A DNA stretch of 64,000 nucleotides. It comes from Hyalangium minutum (GTDB lineage: Bacteria; Myxococcota; Myxococcia; Myxococcales; Myxococcaceae). The notes under the pieces were generated by a model. That model made no database searches. It worked only from the letters and a program-made list of their open reading frames with translations, and was not told the origin of the DNA. How positions within the stretch are numbered: position 1 is the first letter of the stretch; every line of letters begins with the position of its first letter. The DNA is taken from contig NZ_JMCB01000006.1 of NCBI RefSeq assembly GCF_000737315.1, positions 124,001 to 188,000 of the forward strand. Reading direction: 5' to 3'. A program made the position numbers and the translations under genes. Positions 28,079 through 37,567 of the stretch are shown one piece after another.

Positions 28079-28201
28079 GCCAAGGTGTCTCGGGCAAGGG
28101 GGACAGCGCGGAGCCTACCAGCGTTTCCGCCTCGGCCCGCGCCAGAGCCTGAGTGCCGCAACCCCGCTTCGTTTGGGCCGCCCTTCTGCTATGTGCTGTT
28201 C

Positions 28202-30082
28202 GTGGTGAGACGCATACCCCGAGGCACACTCCCAACCGGCATCTTCCTCCTGGCCTGGGGCAGCCTGCTCGTGCAGGTGCTCCTCCACTTTGCCCCGGGG
28301 AATGCCGCCGTCACGGGCTGGAACTCCGACGCCTCCATCACGGTGCTGCAGTCGAATGATCCGGTGTTCGATGCCTTCCGGCTCTACTACTACGGGCAGG
28401 ATCGCATCGGCGCGTGGCCGTGGCTGCTGGCCCAGGGCTGGCGCGCGCTGACGGGCTTCGACTGGACGCCCTGGCGCGTCTTCGCGTGGCAGGCCACCTG
28501 GGCCTGTATCGCCTGCCTCGCGCTCCGAGGGCTCCAGCAACAGGCCGGGTGGCTGCTGGCGGCCACCTTCGGCGCGCTCGCCCTGCTCTCGCCCCTCTTC
28601 CAGGTGCAGCTCTTCGCGCTCAGCCAGCCGTTTGGGTGGCAGCTCACGGCGCTCTTCCTCGCGTGGTGGGCGCTGATGCGGCTCTTGCGCCACCTGGGCG
28701 GTCCCTCCTCCGGGCCTGGGGCTGTGGCCCGCTGGGCCGCTGCCTCTGTGCTCTTCTGCACGCTGGCGTGCTGGACCTCCCCCACCTCCGGGCCGCTGCT
28801 CCTGGTAGCCATCGTGGTGGAGGGCGTTCGCGTAGGGCTTGTCAGCCCGGGGAGACGGCGCTGGGCCTTGCTGGCCGCACTCGTTCCGCTGGCGGCGGGC
28901 ATCGGCTTCGAGTCCGCGACCCGCCACTTCTTCCATCGCTTCGCGAAGAAGCAGTTTGGCCATGCGTATGCCACCCAGCTGAAGGTGGACAAAGGCTTCC
29001 TCGCGGAGAACGCCCGAGCCATGTTCGGACGCCTCCTCGAGGACCCGCTGGGGGTGGTGGTACTCGTGGGGCTCGGGTTGGCGGTGGTGGCGGCGGTGTT
29101 CCTCGTGCTCCAGCTGCGCCGGCGCGCCCTGGATCCGCGCCGGCCCCAGGAGGAGCTCGCGTTCCTCACGATCGCGCTCGCGGGCGGGGCGCTCGGCAAC
29201 GCCTTCATCGCCACCGTGGTGCTCCACGTGCGCATCAATGGCCATGACATCCGGTACCTGGTGCCCACGTTCGTGCTCGGCACGCTGGCCGCAGCCTCGG
29301 GGCTGAGCCTCGTCTTGCACCTCGTACCTGCACTGCGCACCCGGGCGGCGGGCCTGTCGGTGCTGGCCGCGGGAGGGCTCTTCGCCGCAAGCCACCTGCT
29401 CGTGCAGCCCCGCATTCCCGAGCCGACGCTGGAGCTGGCACAGGCCGCCGCGGACGCGGTGGTGGCCCGCGCGGGCGAGACGGTCCTGCTCGGCGGTTAC
29501 TGGGACACGTACTTGCTGGGCGCGCTGGATCCCGAGCACCGCCTGCTGTCGGTCTCGGTGGACGGTGACTACCAGCGCACCCCGTTCTGGATACCCAAAG
29601 TCCGCGAGGCGCAGCACATCCTGATGGCGTTCTTCCACGGGTATCTCGGGAGCGCGGAGGCTCCCGCCCCTTGGCTGTTGCAGTACGGAGCGCCGTTCCA
29701 GCTCGAGGATCCGCGCTGGGAGGTTCACCCACCCTTCACCTTCGCCCGCTACCGGAATGCCTCCTCTCAGCAGGTCCCGATGCGCTCGGAGCCCGAGAAG
29801 ACCTTCACGCCCTGCGAGCCCGGCGCCACGGTGACCTATCGCTTCGAGCAGCCCGTGGAGCGAGGCCTCCTCCTGGTGAGCACCCATGCGCCCACGAGCG
29901 GCGCCGAGGCGCGAGCCGCCGATGGAACCGAGGCCCGCGTGGAGGGAGTGCCTCACCTGTGGCTCGTGCACCTCGAGCGCGGAGCCACCCCCTGGCGTGA
30001 GGTGACGCTCCGCACCGGATCGACATCGCGCCCCGAAGACTGTTGGTACCGCAGCACCGCGCTGCTGCGCCTCGAACCCTGA
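28202..30082 (+). CDS. Polytopic membrane protein, possible GT-C-fold glycosyltransferase
   Basis: About 11-13 TMs; first-loop NSD...YYYGQDRIG motif; soluble C-terminal domain. Start placed at GTG 28202; the longer ORF overlaps the desaturase. Confidence 0.6.
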   Translation: MVRRIPRGTLPTGIFLLAWGSLLVQVLLHFAPGNAAVTGWNSDASITVLQSNDPVFDAFRLYYYGQDRIGAWPWLLAQGWRALTGFDWTPWRVFAWQATWACIACLALRGLQQQAGWLLAATFGALALLSPLFQVQLFALSQPFGWQLTALFLAWWALMRLLRHLGGPSSGPGAVARWAAASVLFCTLACWTSPTSGPLLLVAIVVEGVRVGLVSPGRRRWALLAALVPLAAGIGFESATRHFFHRFAKKQFGHAYATQLKVDKGFLAENARAMFGRLLEDPLGVVVLVGLGLAVVAAVFLVLQLRRRALDPRRPQEELAFLTIALAGGALGNAFIATVVLHVRINGHDIRYLVPTFVLGTLAAASGLSLVLHLVPALRTRAAGLSVLAAGGLFAASHLLVQPRIPEPTLELAQAAADAVVARAGETVLLGGYWDTYLLGALDPEHRLLSVSVDGDYQRTPFWIPKVREAQHILMAFFHGYLGSAEAPAPWLLQYGAPFQLEDPRWEVHPPFTFARYRNASSQQVPMRSEPEKTFTPCEPGATVTYRFEQPVERGLLLVSTHAPTSGAEARAADGTEARVEGVPHLWLVHLERGATPWREVTLRTGSTSRPEDCWYRSTALLRLEP

Positions 30083-30091
30083 GGAGCTCCC

Positions 30092-31555
30092 TCATCCTCG
30101 GCGGAAGAACTCCTGGTTCAACCGCTGGGCGCGCTCCTCGGCGAGTTCCACTTCCTCCGTCACGTCCCGGTAGACGGTGACCTGGCCGAACTGGCCATCC
30201 GCGAAGGCCACGGGCTTGGACATCCAGCGGACCACGCGCCGGGGAAACTGCTGGAGCTCGAAGTCCTCGCGCCCCACGTAGGGACCGTCCGCGAGGACGC
30301 GCACCCGCCGCATGAAGTCCAAGGGGTCCTGGAAGCGAGTGGCGAAGGAGCGGACGAACACATCGCGGGGCTGGCCGATCAGCTCGGCCACGGTGCGGTC
30401 CGCCAGCAGGGCCATGTACTCGTTGGCGAAGAGGATGACGCGCCGGTGATCCAGGATCATCACCGCGTCATCCAGCCCGTTGAGCGCGGCCGCCAGGACG
30501 TCCGCGCGCAGGCGCTGCATCGCATGAGCATTCCGCTCCACATGGAGCGAGTGCTGGCTCCTGCGAAGCTGGACGCGCAGTTCGAGCTCTCCGGCCACCC
30601 GGCGTGCCAGCGCCACCAGCGCATCCACCTGCTCGGCGGAGATGGACAGCGGCTGCCGGTCGAGGATGCACAGCGTCCCCAGCACTGTGCCCTCACGGGT
30701 GATGAGGGGAGCGCCCGCGTACGAGCGGAACAAGCCCTCGCGCACCAGCCGGTTGGTGCTGAAGACGGGGTGAGTGGTGGCATCGGGGACCACCAGGGGC
30801 CCGGGCTGCTCCGCCTCCACCACATGGGCGCAGAGCGCCACATCGCGCTCGGTGCCGCGGTCCTGGAGCACCTGGCCCGCGAGCCCCACGTGCGCCTTGA
30901 ACCACTGCCGGTCCTCGAACACCAGGGACAGGAGCGCGATGGGCACGTTGAAGGCCTGGGCCGTCTCCTGCACGAGCCGCTGGAGCGACTCCTCGGGCGG
31001 CCCCTCATCCACGAGCTGCAGGCTGGCCAGCTTCGCCAGACGCGCCCGCTCACGAGCCAAGGCGGCGGCGGCACTCTCGGCGGGAACACCGGCCCGAAAT
31101 GGCACGGGGCGGGGCGGTAGAACCGGAGCGAGAGGCCCGGGAGGCTCGCCTGGAGAAGCGGCTGTAGTAGAGGCCTCTGGCGGCGTGCGTCCGAGCACGC
31201 GATGGACGGCCCGGCGGTAGGACTCGAGGGGAATGCCCTTGGCGAGGACCTCTTGGATACCCAGCAACTCCTTCCGCTCGAGCGCCGCGTTGCGCATCTT
31301 CACGAAGGAGGAGACCACGATGATCCTGGCAAAAGGCGAGCGCTTCCGGACCTCGCGGATGAGCTCGAAGCCATCGATGCCCGCGAGCGACAGCTCGGTG
31401 ATGACCACGGCGGGATCATCGCTGCGCTTGAGGAGCGTGGCCTTGGCGGCCTTGCCATCCGGAACGGAGATGGGCTCGAGGCCCAGCTCCACCAGCAAGG
31501 CATGAAACTTCGAGGAAGACGCGGTATCAGGATCGACGATCAGTCCCCAGGCCAT
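30092..31555 (-). CDS. Atypical REC-GAF-PAS signalling protein, copy 1
   Basis: REC with VITELSL (Glu at the phospho-Asp position); GAF PIALLSLV...WFKA...RSYAGAPL...GTLCILD; PAS ending YRDVT; no output domain. Confidence 0.88.
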   Translation of the reverse strand: MAWGLIVDPDTASSSKFHALLVELGLEPISVPDGKAAKATLLKRSDDPAVVITELSLAGIDGFELIREVRKRSPFARIIVVSSFVKMRNAALERKELLGIQEVLAKGIPLESYRRAVHRVLGRTPPEASTTAASPGEPPGPLAPVLPPRPVPFRAGVPAESAAAALARERARLAKLASLQLVDEGPPEESLQRLVQETAQAFNVPIALLSLVFEDRQWFKAHVGLAGQVLQDRGTERDVALCAHVVEAEQPGPLVVPDATTHPVFSTNRLVREGLFRSYAGAPLITREGTVLGTLCILDRQPLSISAEQVDALVALARRVAGELELRVQLRRSQHSLHVERNAHAMQRLRADVLAAALNGLDDAVMILDHRRVILFANEYMALLADRTVAELIGQPRDVFVRSFATRFQDPLDFMRRVRVLADGPYVGREDFELQQFPRRVVRWMSKPVAFADGQFGQVTVYRDVTEEVELAEERAQRLNQEFFRRG

Positions 31556-31619
31556 GGGGGCCCTCCCTAATGGGCATTGTGCCGGAACTCAACCGGCTTC
31601 CTCGACAGGTGTCCCTAGC

Positions 31620-32342
31620 ATGATTCAAGTCCCTCGACGGTGGATGTGGCTGCTGCTGGGTACAGCGCTGACAGCCTGTGCGTCCGTGCCAGTGGCCTCA
31701 AACGAGGAAGCTGAGGAGTCGGAACAAGCCGCACCCTTCGCAGAGCTTTGCGCCCAAGCGGGCAGCCTGGTGCCGATCTGCGGCGCAAGCCAGTGTGGCC
31801 TTTACCCTTGCCGGGAGGTGGTGGAGCACCTCTCCACTTCGGGTCAGGTGCTGTTGGCTCGCACCGGCGGCATGGTGCTCCCGGGCCCTGGCAGCTCAGC
31901 TCAGAGGTACTGGGGCAGCGCCGATGGCCTGCCGCTGAACTCGAATCCCGTCTTCATCATCCCTTGGGGTCCCAAGCCACCGCTCCTGCCCAGCCAGAAG
32001 AAGATGCTGGAGGAGCTGGAGGCTGAGCGGCGTAAGCCTCACGAGAAGCACCACATCTTTCCTCAGGAGCCGGATCTTAAGAGGTGGTTCACTCGGAAAG
32101 GCATCAACATTCACGAGTTCACGATGCCGTTGCTCGTGGATGTACACCGTCGCATCCACCATCCCCCACCTCCGGGTGGGGCGTGGAACGAAGCGTGGCG
32201 GCAGTACAAGGACAGCCACGACAATGCTCCCAAGGAAGAGATTTACCGGTATGCAGGGCAGCTCATCTATGAGTTCGAGTTGGTCGGCCCAATCGTCCCC
32301 TATTACCGGCAGTGGACGCAGCCACCACCGATCGGCGGGTGA
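31620..32342 (+). CDS. sitA6: SitA6-family (TIGR02269/DUF2380) polymorphic toxin lipoprotein
   Basis: Lipobox LTAC from ATG 31620; Cys-rich CGASQCGLYPC; nuclease-like HEKHHIFPQ...HRRIH...GGAWNEAW; overlaps a double-CXXCG gene. Confidence 0.85.
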   Translation: MIQVPRRWMWLLLGTALTACASVPVASNEEAEESEQAAPFAELCAQAGSLVPICGASQCGLYPCREVVEHLSTSGQVLLARTGGMVLPGPGSSAQRYWGSADGLPLNSNPVFIIPWGPKPPLLPSQKKMLEELEAERRKPHEKHHIFPQEPDLKRWFTRKGINIHEFTMPLLVDVHRRIHHPPPPGGAWNEAWRQYKDSHDNAPKEEIYRYAGQLIYEFELVGPIVPYYRQWTQPPPIGG

Positions 32343-33067
32343 TGAAGTCCATGCGCTACTACTTCGTGGATTACTCCCGGGCTCCACAGTACTCGGGAAC
32401 CTTTAGCGCTTCACACAAGTGGGGATTGCCGGGTATCCACTGCCCTCTGTGCGATGCGACTTGGTCCACCGGGTCGAATGCTTACCCTTCGGTGGACCTC
32501 TCTCACGTGCCGGATCAAACGAAGTACTCGGCACGGCTGGAAGAGGACTATGCCGAGTTCGAGCGGCTGCGCGAGCAGGTGCGCTCGCTGGTGCCACCTG
32601 GTGTACCGCTGTGGCCGGGAACAGAATTCGGACCTCTTGAAGGATCAGCCCGAGGTGAGTTCGGCCCTCTCTACATGTACTTCTCGTACGCCATGTTGCT
32701 GCGGGGCGAGACACTCCGACACCTGCAGGCCGAAGCTGTCCAAGGCCTCAAGGGATGCCGCACGAAGGTGGCCTTCCGCAAGAAGGACCCGCCCGAGTTG
32801 CTGGAACTTGAGCTGTTGCCTCGAGGCCATTTGCATCCGGACTGCTTGCCCGCAGATCGTGAGCCTCCGTGCCCAAAGTGTGGTCGCAGAGGGTGGAAAC
32901 GCCCGGATGATCTCATCCTCAGCGCCGCGTCTCTCCCCCAGGACCTGGACGTATTCCGGCTGGAGGACTTCCTAACGACGATCATCGCCTCCGAGCGCTT
33001 CGTCGAGACCGCACGGCGCCTCGGCTACGAGCAGGACATCGTCTTCCGCGAGCTTCCCACCCGATAG
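32342..33067 (+). CDS. sitI6: SitI6-family double-CXXCG immunity protein (TIGR02264)
   Basis: HKWGLPGIHCPLCDATW and CPKCGR motifs; TGATG stop/start overlap with the toxin gene. Confidence 0.85.
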   Translation: MKSMRYYFVDYSRAPQYSGTFSASHKWGLPGIHCPLCDATWSTGSNAYPSVDLSHVPDQTKYSARLEEDYAEFERLREQVRSLVPPGVPLWPGTEFGPLEGSARGEFGPLYMYFSYAMLLRGETLRHLQAEAVQGLKGCRTKVAFRKKDPPELLELELLPRGHLHPDCLPADREPPCPKCGRRGWKRPDDLILSAASLPQDLDVFRLEDFLTTIIASERFVETARRLGYEQDIVFRELPTR

Positions 33068-33071
33068 AAAG

Positions 33072-33105
33072 GAGCACCGTGGCCACAACCCAGGCCACGG
33101 TGCTC
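33072..33105. terminator. Perfect 13-bp stem-loop between convergent sitI6 and aldo-keto reductase genes
   Basis: GAGCACCGTGGCC-acaaccca-GGCCACGGTGCTC; on the minus strand it is followed by CTTTCT. Confidence 0.75.
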
Positions 33106-33115
33106 AAAACCACCG

Positions 33116-34201
33116 CTACCAGCGGTCCTTGTCCGTCTTCGGCGCCAGCGGGAACGCCGGCGCGGAGATGCCGTTCACGCTCAAGCCTCCATGCATGAAC
33201 GTGGGCGTGCCCTGCAGGAAGCCCGCCGGGAAGTTCAGCGCTGGCTTCGACACCTCATCCAGCGCCGCTACCTGCTGCGGCGTCAGCTTCAGCTCCAGCG
33301 CCCCCAGGTTGTTGTCCAGCTGCTCCAGCGTCCGCGCCCCGATGATCGTCGAGCTCACCCCCGGCCGGCTCTGCACCCACGCCAGCGCCACCCGCGCCAC
33401 CGTGCTCTCCTGCTCCTTCGCCACCTTCTGCAGCACGTCGATGATGCTGTAGGCCTTCTCGCCCAGGTTGCCGTCCACCCACTGGCCGCGATCCGCCTTC
33501 ACCTTGCCCGCGTTCTCCCGCGTGTACTTGCCGCTCAGCACCCCGCTCTTCAGCGGCGACCACGGCGTCACCCCCAGCCCCAGCTCGCGCGCCATCGGGA
33601 TCAGCTCGCCCTCCACCGTGCGCTCGATCAGCGAGTACTCGATCTGCAATGCAATCAGCGGCGACCAGCCCTTGAACTGCGCCAGCAACTGCGCCTGCGC
33701 CACCTTCCACGCCGGCGTGTCCGAAAACCCGATGTACCGGACCTTCCCCGCCCGCACCAGGTCATCCAACGCCCGCATCGTCTCCTCGATGGGCGTGTGC
33801 CGATCCAGGCAGTGCATCCAGTACAGGTCGATGTAGTCCGTCTGCAGCCGGCGCAGGGACTCGTCGCACGCGGCCATCAGCGACTTGCGCCCCGCTCCAC
33901 CGCCGTTCGGATCCGCCGGGAACAGGTTCCCGAAGAACTTGGTGGCGATCACCACCCGGTGCCGCTTGCTCGGGTTCTTCCCCAGGTGGTCCCCGATGAT
34001 CTTCTCCGAGTGCCCCAGCGTGTAGATGTTCGCCGTATCGATGAAGTTGCCACCCCGCTCGATGAAGCGGTCCATGATGGCGTTGGAGGTCTCGACGCTG
34101 CTGCCCCAGCCGAGATCCTCGCCGAACGTCATCGCTCCGAGGCAGAACGGACTGACGCGCAGGCCGGAGTGGCCAAGGGTGAGATACGCATTGAGTGCCA
34201 T
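33116..34201 (-). CDS. Aldo/keto reductase
   Basis: LGAMTFG, FIDTANIY, IATKF, SLRRLQTDYIDLYWMH, GKVRYIGFS, PWSPL, IIGART. Confidence 0.95.
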   Translation of the reverse strand: MALNAYLTLGHSGLRVSPFCLGAMTFGEDLGWGSSVETSNAIMDRFIERGGNFIDTANIYTLGHSEKIIGDHLGKNPSKRHRVVIATKFFGNLFPADPNGGGAGRKSLMAACDESLRRLQTDYIDLYWMHCLDRHTPIEETMRALDDLVRAGKVRYIGFSDTPAWKVAQAQLLAQFKGWSPLIALQIEYSLIERTVEGELIPMARELGLGVTPWSPLKSGVLSGKYTRENAGKVKADRGQWVDGNLGEKAYSIIDVLQKVAKEQESTVARVALAWVQSRPGVSSTIIGARTLEQLDNNLGALELKLTPQQVAALDEVSKPALNFPAGFLQGTPTFMHGGLSVNGISAPAFPLAPKTDKDRW

Positions 34202-34293
34202 GGGTTCTCCCAAAACAGGTAGAGCGGCGCGGAGGAGTAACAGGGAGTCCTCTCCTCCGCTCGCTCATCTACCTCTGGCACTCTCTCACTCCG

Positions 34294-35754
34294 TCACCGT
34301 CTGGCGAGCTCCTCGGCAAGCTCGACCTCATTCGTCACGTCCTTGTAGACGGTGACCTGTCCGAAGTTGCCATCGGCGAACGCCACCGGCCGGGAGCTCC
34401 ACCGGACCACGCGCCGCCGGAACTGCTGCAGCTCGAAGTCCTCGCGCCCCACGTAGGGGCCATCCACGGGGATGCGCACCCGCCGCAGGAAGTCCTTGGG
34501 CTCCTTGAACCGGGCCGCGAAGTCGCGAATGAACGCGTCGCGGTGCATGCCGATCAGCTCGGACACCGTCTTGTCCGCCAGCAGCGCCATGAACTCGTTG
34601 GCGAAGAGAATCACGCGCCGGTGATCAAAGAGCATCACCGCGTCATCCAAGCCATCGAGCGTGGCCGCCAGGATGTCCGCCCGCATGCGCTGCACCGTGT
34701 GGGCATCGCGCTCCGCGCTCAGCGAGCGCTGGCTCTTGCTCAGCTGGCCGCGCAGGTCGAGCTCTCCGGCCACTCGGCGCGCCAGCGCCACCAGGTTGTC
34801 CACCTGCTCGGCGGAGATGGACATCGGCTTCTTGTCGAGGATGCACAGCGTCCCCAGCACCGTCCCCCCACGGGTGATGAGGGGAGCGCCTGCATACGAG
34901 CGGAACACGCCCTCACGCACCAGCCGGTTGGTGCTGAACACGGGGTGAGTCGCGGCATCGGGGACCACCAGGGGCTCGGGCTGCTCCGCCTCCACCACAT
35001 GGGCGCAGAGCGCCACGTCGCGCGGCGTGCCGCGCTCCTCGAGCAGCTTGCCGCCGAGCCCCACGTGCGCCTTGAACCACTGCCGGTCCTCGAGCACCAG
35101 GGACAGGAGGGCGATGGGCACATTGAAGGCTTGCGCCGTCTCCTGCACGAGGCGCTGGAGCTCCTCGTCCGGAGGCCCTTCATCCACGAGGTGAAGGCTG
35201 GCCAGCTTCGCCAACCGCGCCCGCTCGCGCGACAGGAGCGCGGCATCCTCGGAGGCAGGGCTGGAGCGGGGCACCCCTGGGCGAAGCGGAGGATCCAGGA
35301 GGGGCAGCTCGGGCAGGAGGGGCAGCTCGGGCGGGAGCTGCAGCTCGGGCAGGGAGGGGAGTGCGGCCGGGGCCTCGGGCGCCGTGCGCCCGAGCGCGCG
35401 GTAGAGGATGCGCCGGAAGGAGTCGAAGGGTGCACCCTTGGCAAGGATCTCCTGGATGCCCAGCAGCTCCTTCTTCTCGAGCGCCGCGGTGCGCATCTTC
35501 ACGAACGAGGAGACGACGATGACCCGCGTGCTCGACGAGCCCTTCCGGACGTCGCGAATCAACTCGAAGCCATCCAGCCCCGCCAGGGACAGCTCGGTGA
35601 TGACCACGGCGGGCTGCTCGCGGCGCTCCTGAAGCGCGGTCTTCGCGGCCCGCCCATCTTGAGCGAGGACGGGCTCGATCCCCGCCTCCCTCAACAAGGC
35701 CTGGAACTTCGAGGAACACGCGGTGTTGGGCTCGACAATCAATCCCCAGGACAT
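34294..35754 (-). CDS. Atypical REC-GAF-PAS signalling protein, copy 2
   Basis: Colinear and highly similar to 30092-31555 (VITELSL, same GAF and PAS). Start placed at ATG 35754. Confidence 0.88.
   Translation of the reverse strand: MSWGLIVEPNTACSSKFQALLREAGIEPVLAQDGRAAKTALQERREQPAVVITELSLAGLDGFELIRDVRKGSSSTRVIVVSSFVKMRTAALEKKELLGIQEILAKGAPFDSFRRILYRALGRTAPEAPAALPSLPELQLPPELPLLPELPLLDPPLRPGVPRSSPASEDAALLSRERARLAKLASLHLVDEGPPDEELQRLVQETAQAFNVPIALLSLVLEDRQWFKAHVGLGGKLLEERGTPRDVALCAHVVEAEQPEPLVVPDAATHPVFSTNRLVREGVFRSYAGAPLITRGGTVLGTLCILDKKPMSISAEQVDNLVALARRVAGELDLRGQLSKSQRSLSAERDAHTVQRMRADILAATLDGLDDAVMLFDHRRVILFANEFMALLADKTVSELIGMHRDAFIRDFAARFKEPKDFLRRVRIPVDGPYVGREDFELQQFRRRVVRWSSRPVAFADGNFGQVTVYKDVTNEVELAEELARR
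35301..35354. repeat. Three imperfect 18-bp tandem repeats encoding the LPELPL/LPELQL linker
   Basis: ggggcagctcgggcagga / ggggcagctcgggcggga / gctgcagctcgggcaggg; absent from copy 1. Confidence 0.7.
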
Positions 35755-35794
35755 GCAACCCTTTCCCTTCTCTGTGCGCAGACGGGCAGTGCCC

Positions 35795-37441
35795 CTAGCT
35801 TCCTGCGCGAATGATTTCAGCAATGGACCGCTCCGCCAACGCGGTGATGGTCAGCGACGGATTGACCGTCCCCGTGCTCCCGGGAATCGCTGCGCCATCG
35901 ACGACATAGAGCCGGTCGTAGCCTTTGACACGGCCGTAGGCGTCGGTCGATCGCCCGAGCACCGACCCACCGAGCGGGTGCGCCGTGAAGGTGGCGTTGA
36001 CATCCGTTGCGAGCACCGGAATGCCCACCTGTGTGCCGCTGGCGGCGGCGATGCGGTTGTTGACGGCTCTCAGCGCGGCCACGGCGGCGTCGTTGCCATG
36101 GCTCGGCCAGTCGAGCACCACCTTCTTGCGGGTGCTGTCGTACCGGAAGCTCGCGCGCTGGGAGTCCAGCGCCATGCCGAGCGTGCCAATCAATCCTGGG
36201 TTGAGCGGCAGGTTGGGGACGTACCAGTTCTCCATCGTCACCGGCATCCCGCGCTCATCGAGGATGCGCGAGGCGCACGGTGAGCCCTGGTTGAAGCCCT
36301 CGAGGCCGGAGAACACGCGCGCCACGGCCGCATCCCCGTTCGTGCCCCAGCCCGTGCCAATGGTCTCATCGAGGTGGGGCAGTGCGCCCGTGTCGCGGGC
36401 CGCGACGAGCAGCTCGCTGGTGCCGATAGAGCCCGCTCCCAGGAAGAGGCGGTCGGCCGTCAGGGTGCGCTGGCGAAGGACCGTGCCGTTCGGAGCGATG
36501 ACGTTGACCTGCACCCAGTAGCGGCCATCTGCCTCGCGGCCAATGGCCGTGACCTGGTGCCCGGGGTGGATGGTCACCCTGCCGGTGGCCTCGGCCTGGG
36601 GGAGGTAGTTCTGCCCCAAGTCATACTTGGCCCCGTTCGCGTTCCCGAAGGTGCTCTCCCCGAGGATGGCGGAGGCGCGCGACGTGCCCGCCAGCTCGCG
36701 CCGCACGATGTCCCAGCGGAAGATGGAGTCGATGCGCTGCGGGGTGTATCCCGCCTGCATGACGTGGGTATCCCAGACGCGGGAGTGACCAAAGGGCGCG
36801 CTCTGGTACACGTCCGCCGGCATGGGCGAGACCGCAAGCATCTGCCGGGCGAGCGGGTAGTAGACCCGGTCCATCTCCTCGTAGCTCACGACGCCCTGGA
36901 ACACGTGGTCGAAGAAGCGCCGCTCGGGCTGCACCATCGCCCCGGTGAAGACGACCGAGCCCCCGCCGACAGCCGCTCCTCGCCACACCTTGATGTGCTC
37001 ATAGTCGGTGACGTCGAGCACGCCGCCAAAGGAGTCGACCGGCCGGACGATGCCGTCGAACCCCGGGAAGCTCGTCCTGAACCAGACGGACCGGCCGTCG
37101 ATCAGGGACTCGGAGGAGAAGATCTGGCGCCACAGATCACGCGGCCAGCGCGAGCCGCGCTCGAGCATCGTCACCTGCACGCCCGCCTGTCCGAGCCGCA
37201 GCGCGGACACGGCCGCACCGAAGCCCGTGCCAATCACGAGCGCCTGGGAGTGCGAGGGAGCCGTGGGCAACGCCCGGAAGATCTCCGGCACCTCGAGCCG
37301 GTACACGAGCTCGTTGAGCGAGCCCACGGGAGGCGCTGTCTCGGCCGCCCGCGCCGCACTGGGTCCCAAGAGGGCGGAGCCTGTGCCCGTCATGGCTCCC
37401 AGGGTCCCGAGTTTGAGCAAGCTGCGTCGAGAGAGCTTCAT
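35795..37441 (-). CDS. Tat-exported GMC oxidoreductase, cholesterol oxidase type
   Basis: Tat motif SRRSLLK; VIGTGFGAAV; LERG; GAAVGGGSVV; GTGWGTNG; TAHPLGG; YVVDGA. Confidence 0.88.
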   Translation of the reverse strand: MKLSRRSLLKLGTLGAMTGTGSALLGPSAARAAETAPPVGSLNELVYRLEVPEIFRALPTAPSHSQALVIGTGFGAAVSALRLGQAGVQVTMLERGSRWPRDLWRQIFSSESLIDGRSVWFRTSFPGFDGIVRPVDSFGGVLDVTDYEHIKVWRGAAVGGGSVVFTGAMVQPERRFFDHVFQGVVSYEEMDRVYYPLARQMLAVSPMPADVYQSAPFGHSRVWDTHVMQAGYTPQRIDSIFRWDIVRRELAGTSRASAILGESTFGNANGAKYDLGQNYLPQAEATGRVTIHPGHQVTAIGREADGRYWVQVNVIAPNGTVLRQRTLTADRLFLGAGSIGTSELLVAARDTGALPHLDETIGTGWGTNGDAAVARVFSGLEGFNQGSPCASRILDERGMPVTMENWYVPNLPLNPGLIGTLGMALDSQRASFRYDSTRKKVVLDWPSHGNDAAVAALRAVNNRIAAASGTQVGIPVLATDVNATFTAHPLGGSVLGRSTDAYGRVKGYDRLYVVDGAAIPGSTGTVNPSLTITALAERSIAEIIRAGS

Positions 37442-37567
37442 CCCGTCTCCTTATAAGGACCTGACGCGGAGCTCCCGTTACCAGCTCAGCGGGGTCTTCC
37501 GGGTATATTGAAGTGAGCCCCTACCCTTGGATCGCTAGGGGTTGTCCCCAATCCACGAGGAGGTGCC

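Noticed and set aside
27680-28201. N-terminal extension of the 800-aa membrane ORF
   Set aside because: It overlaps the desaturase on the opposite strand; the hydrophobic protein begins at about 28202.
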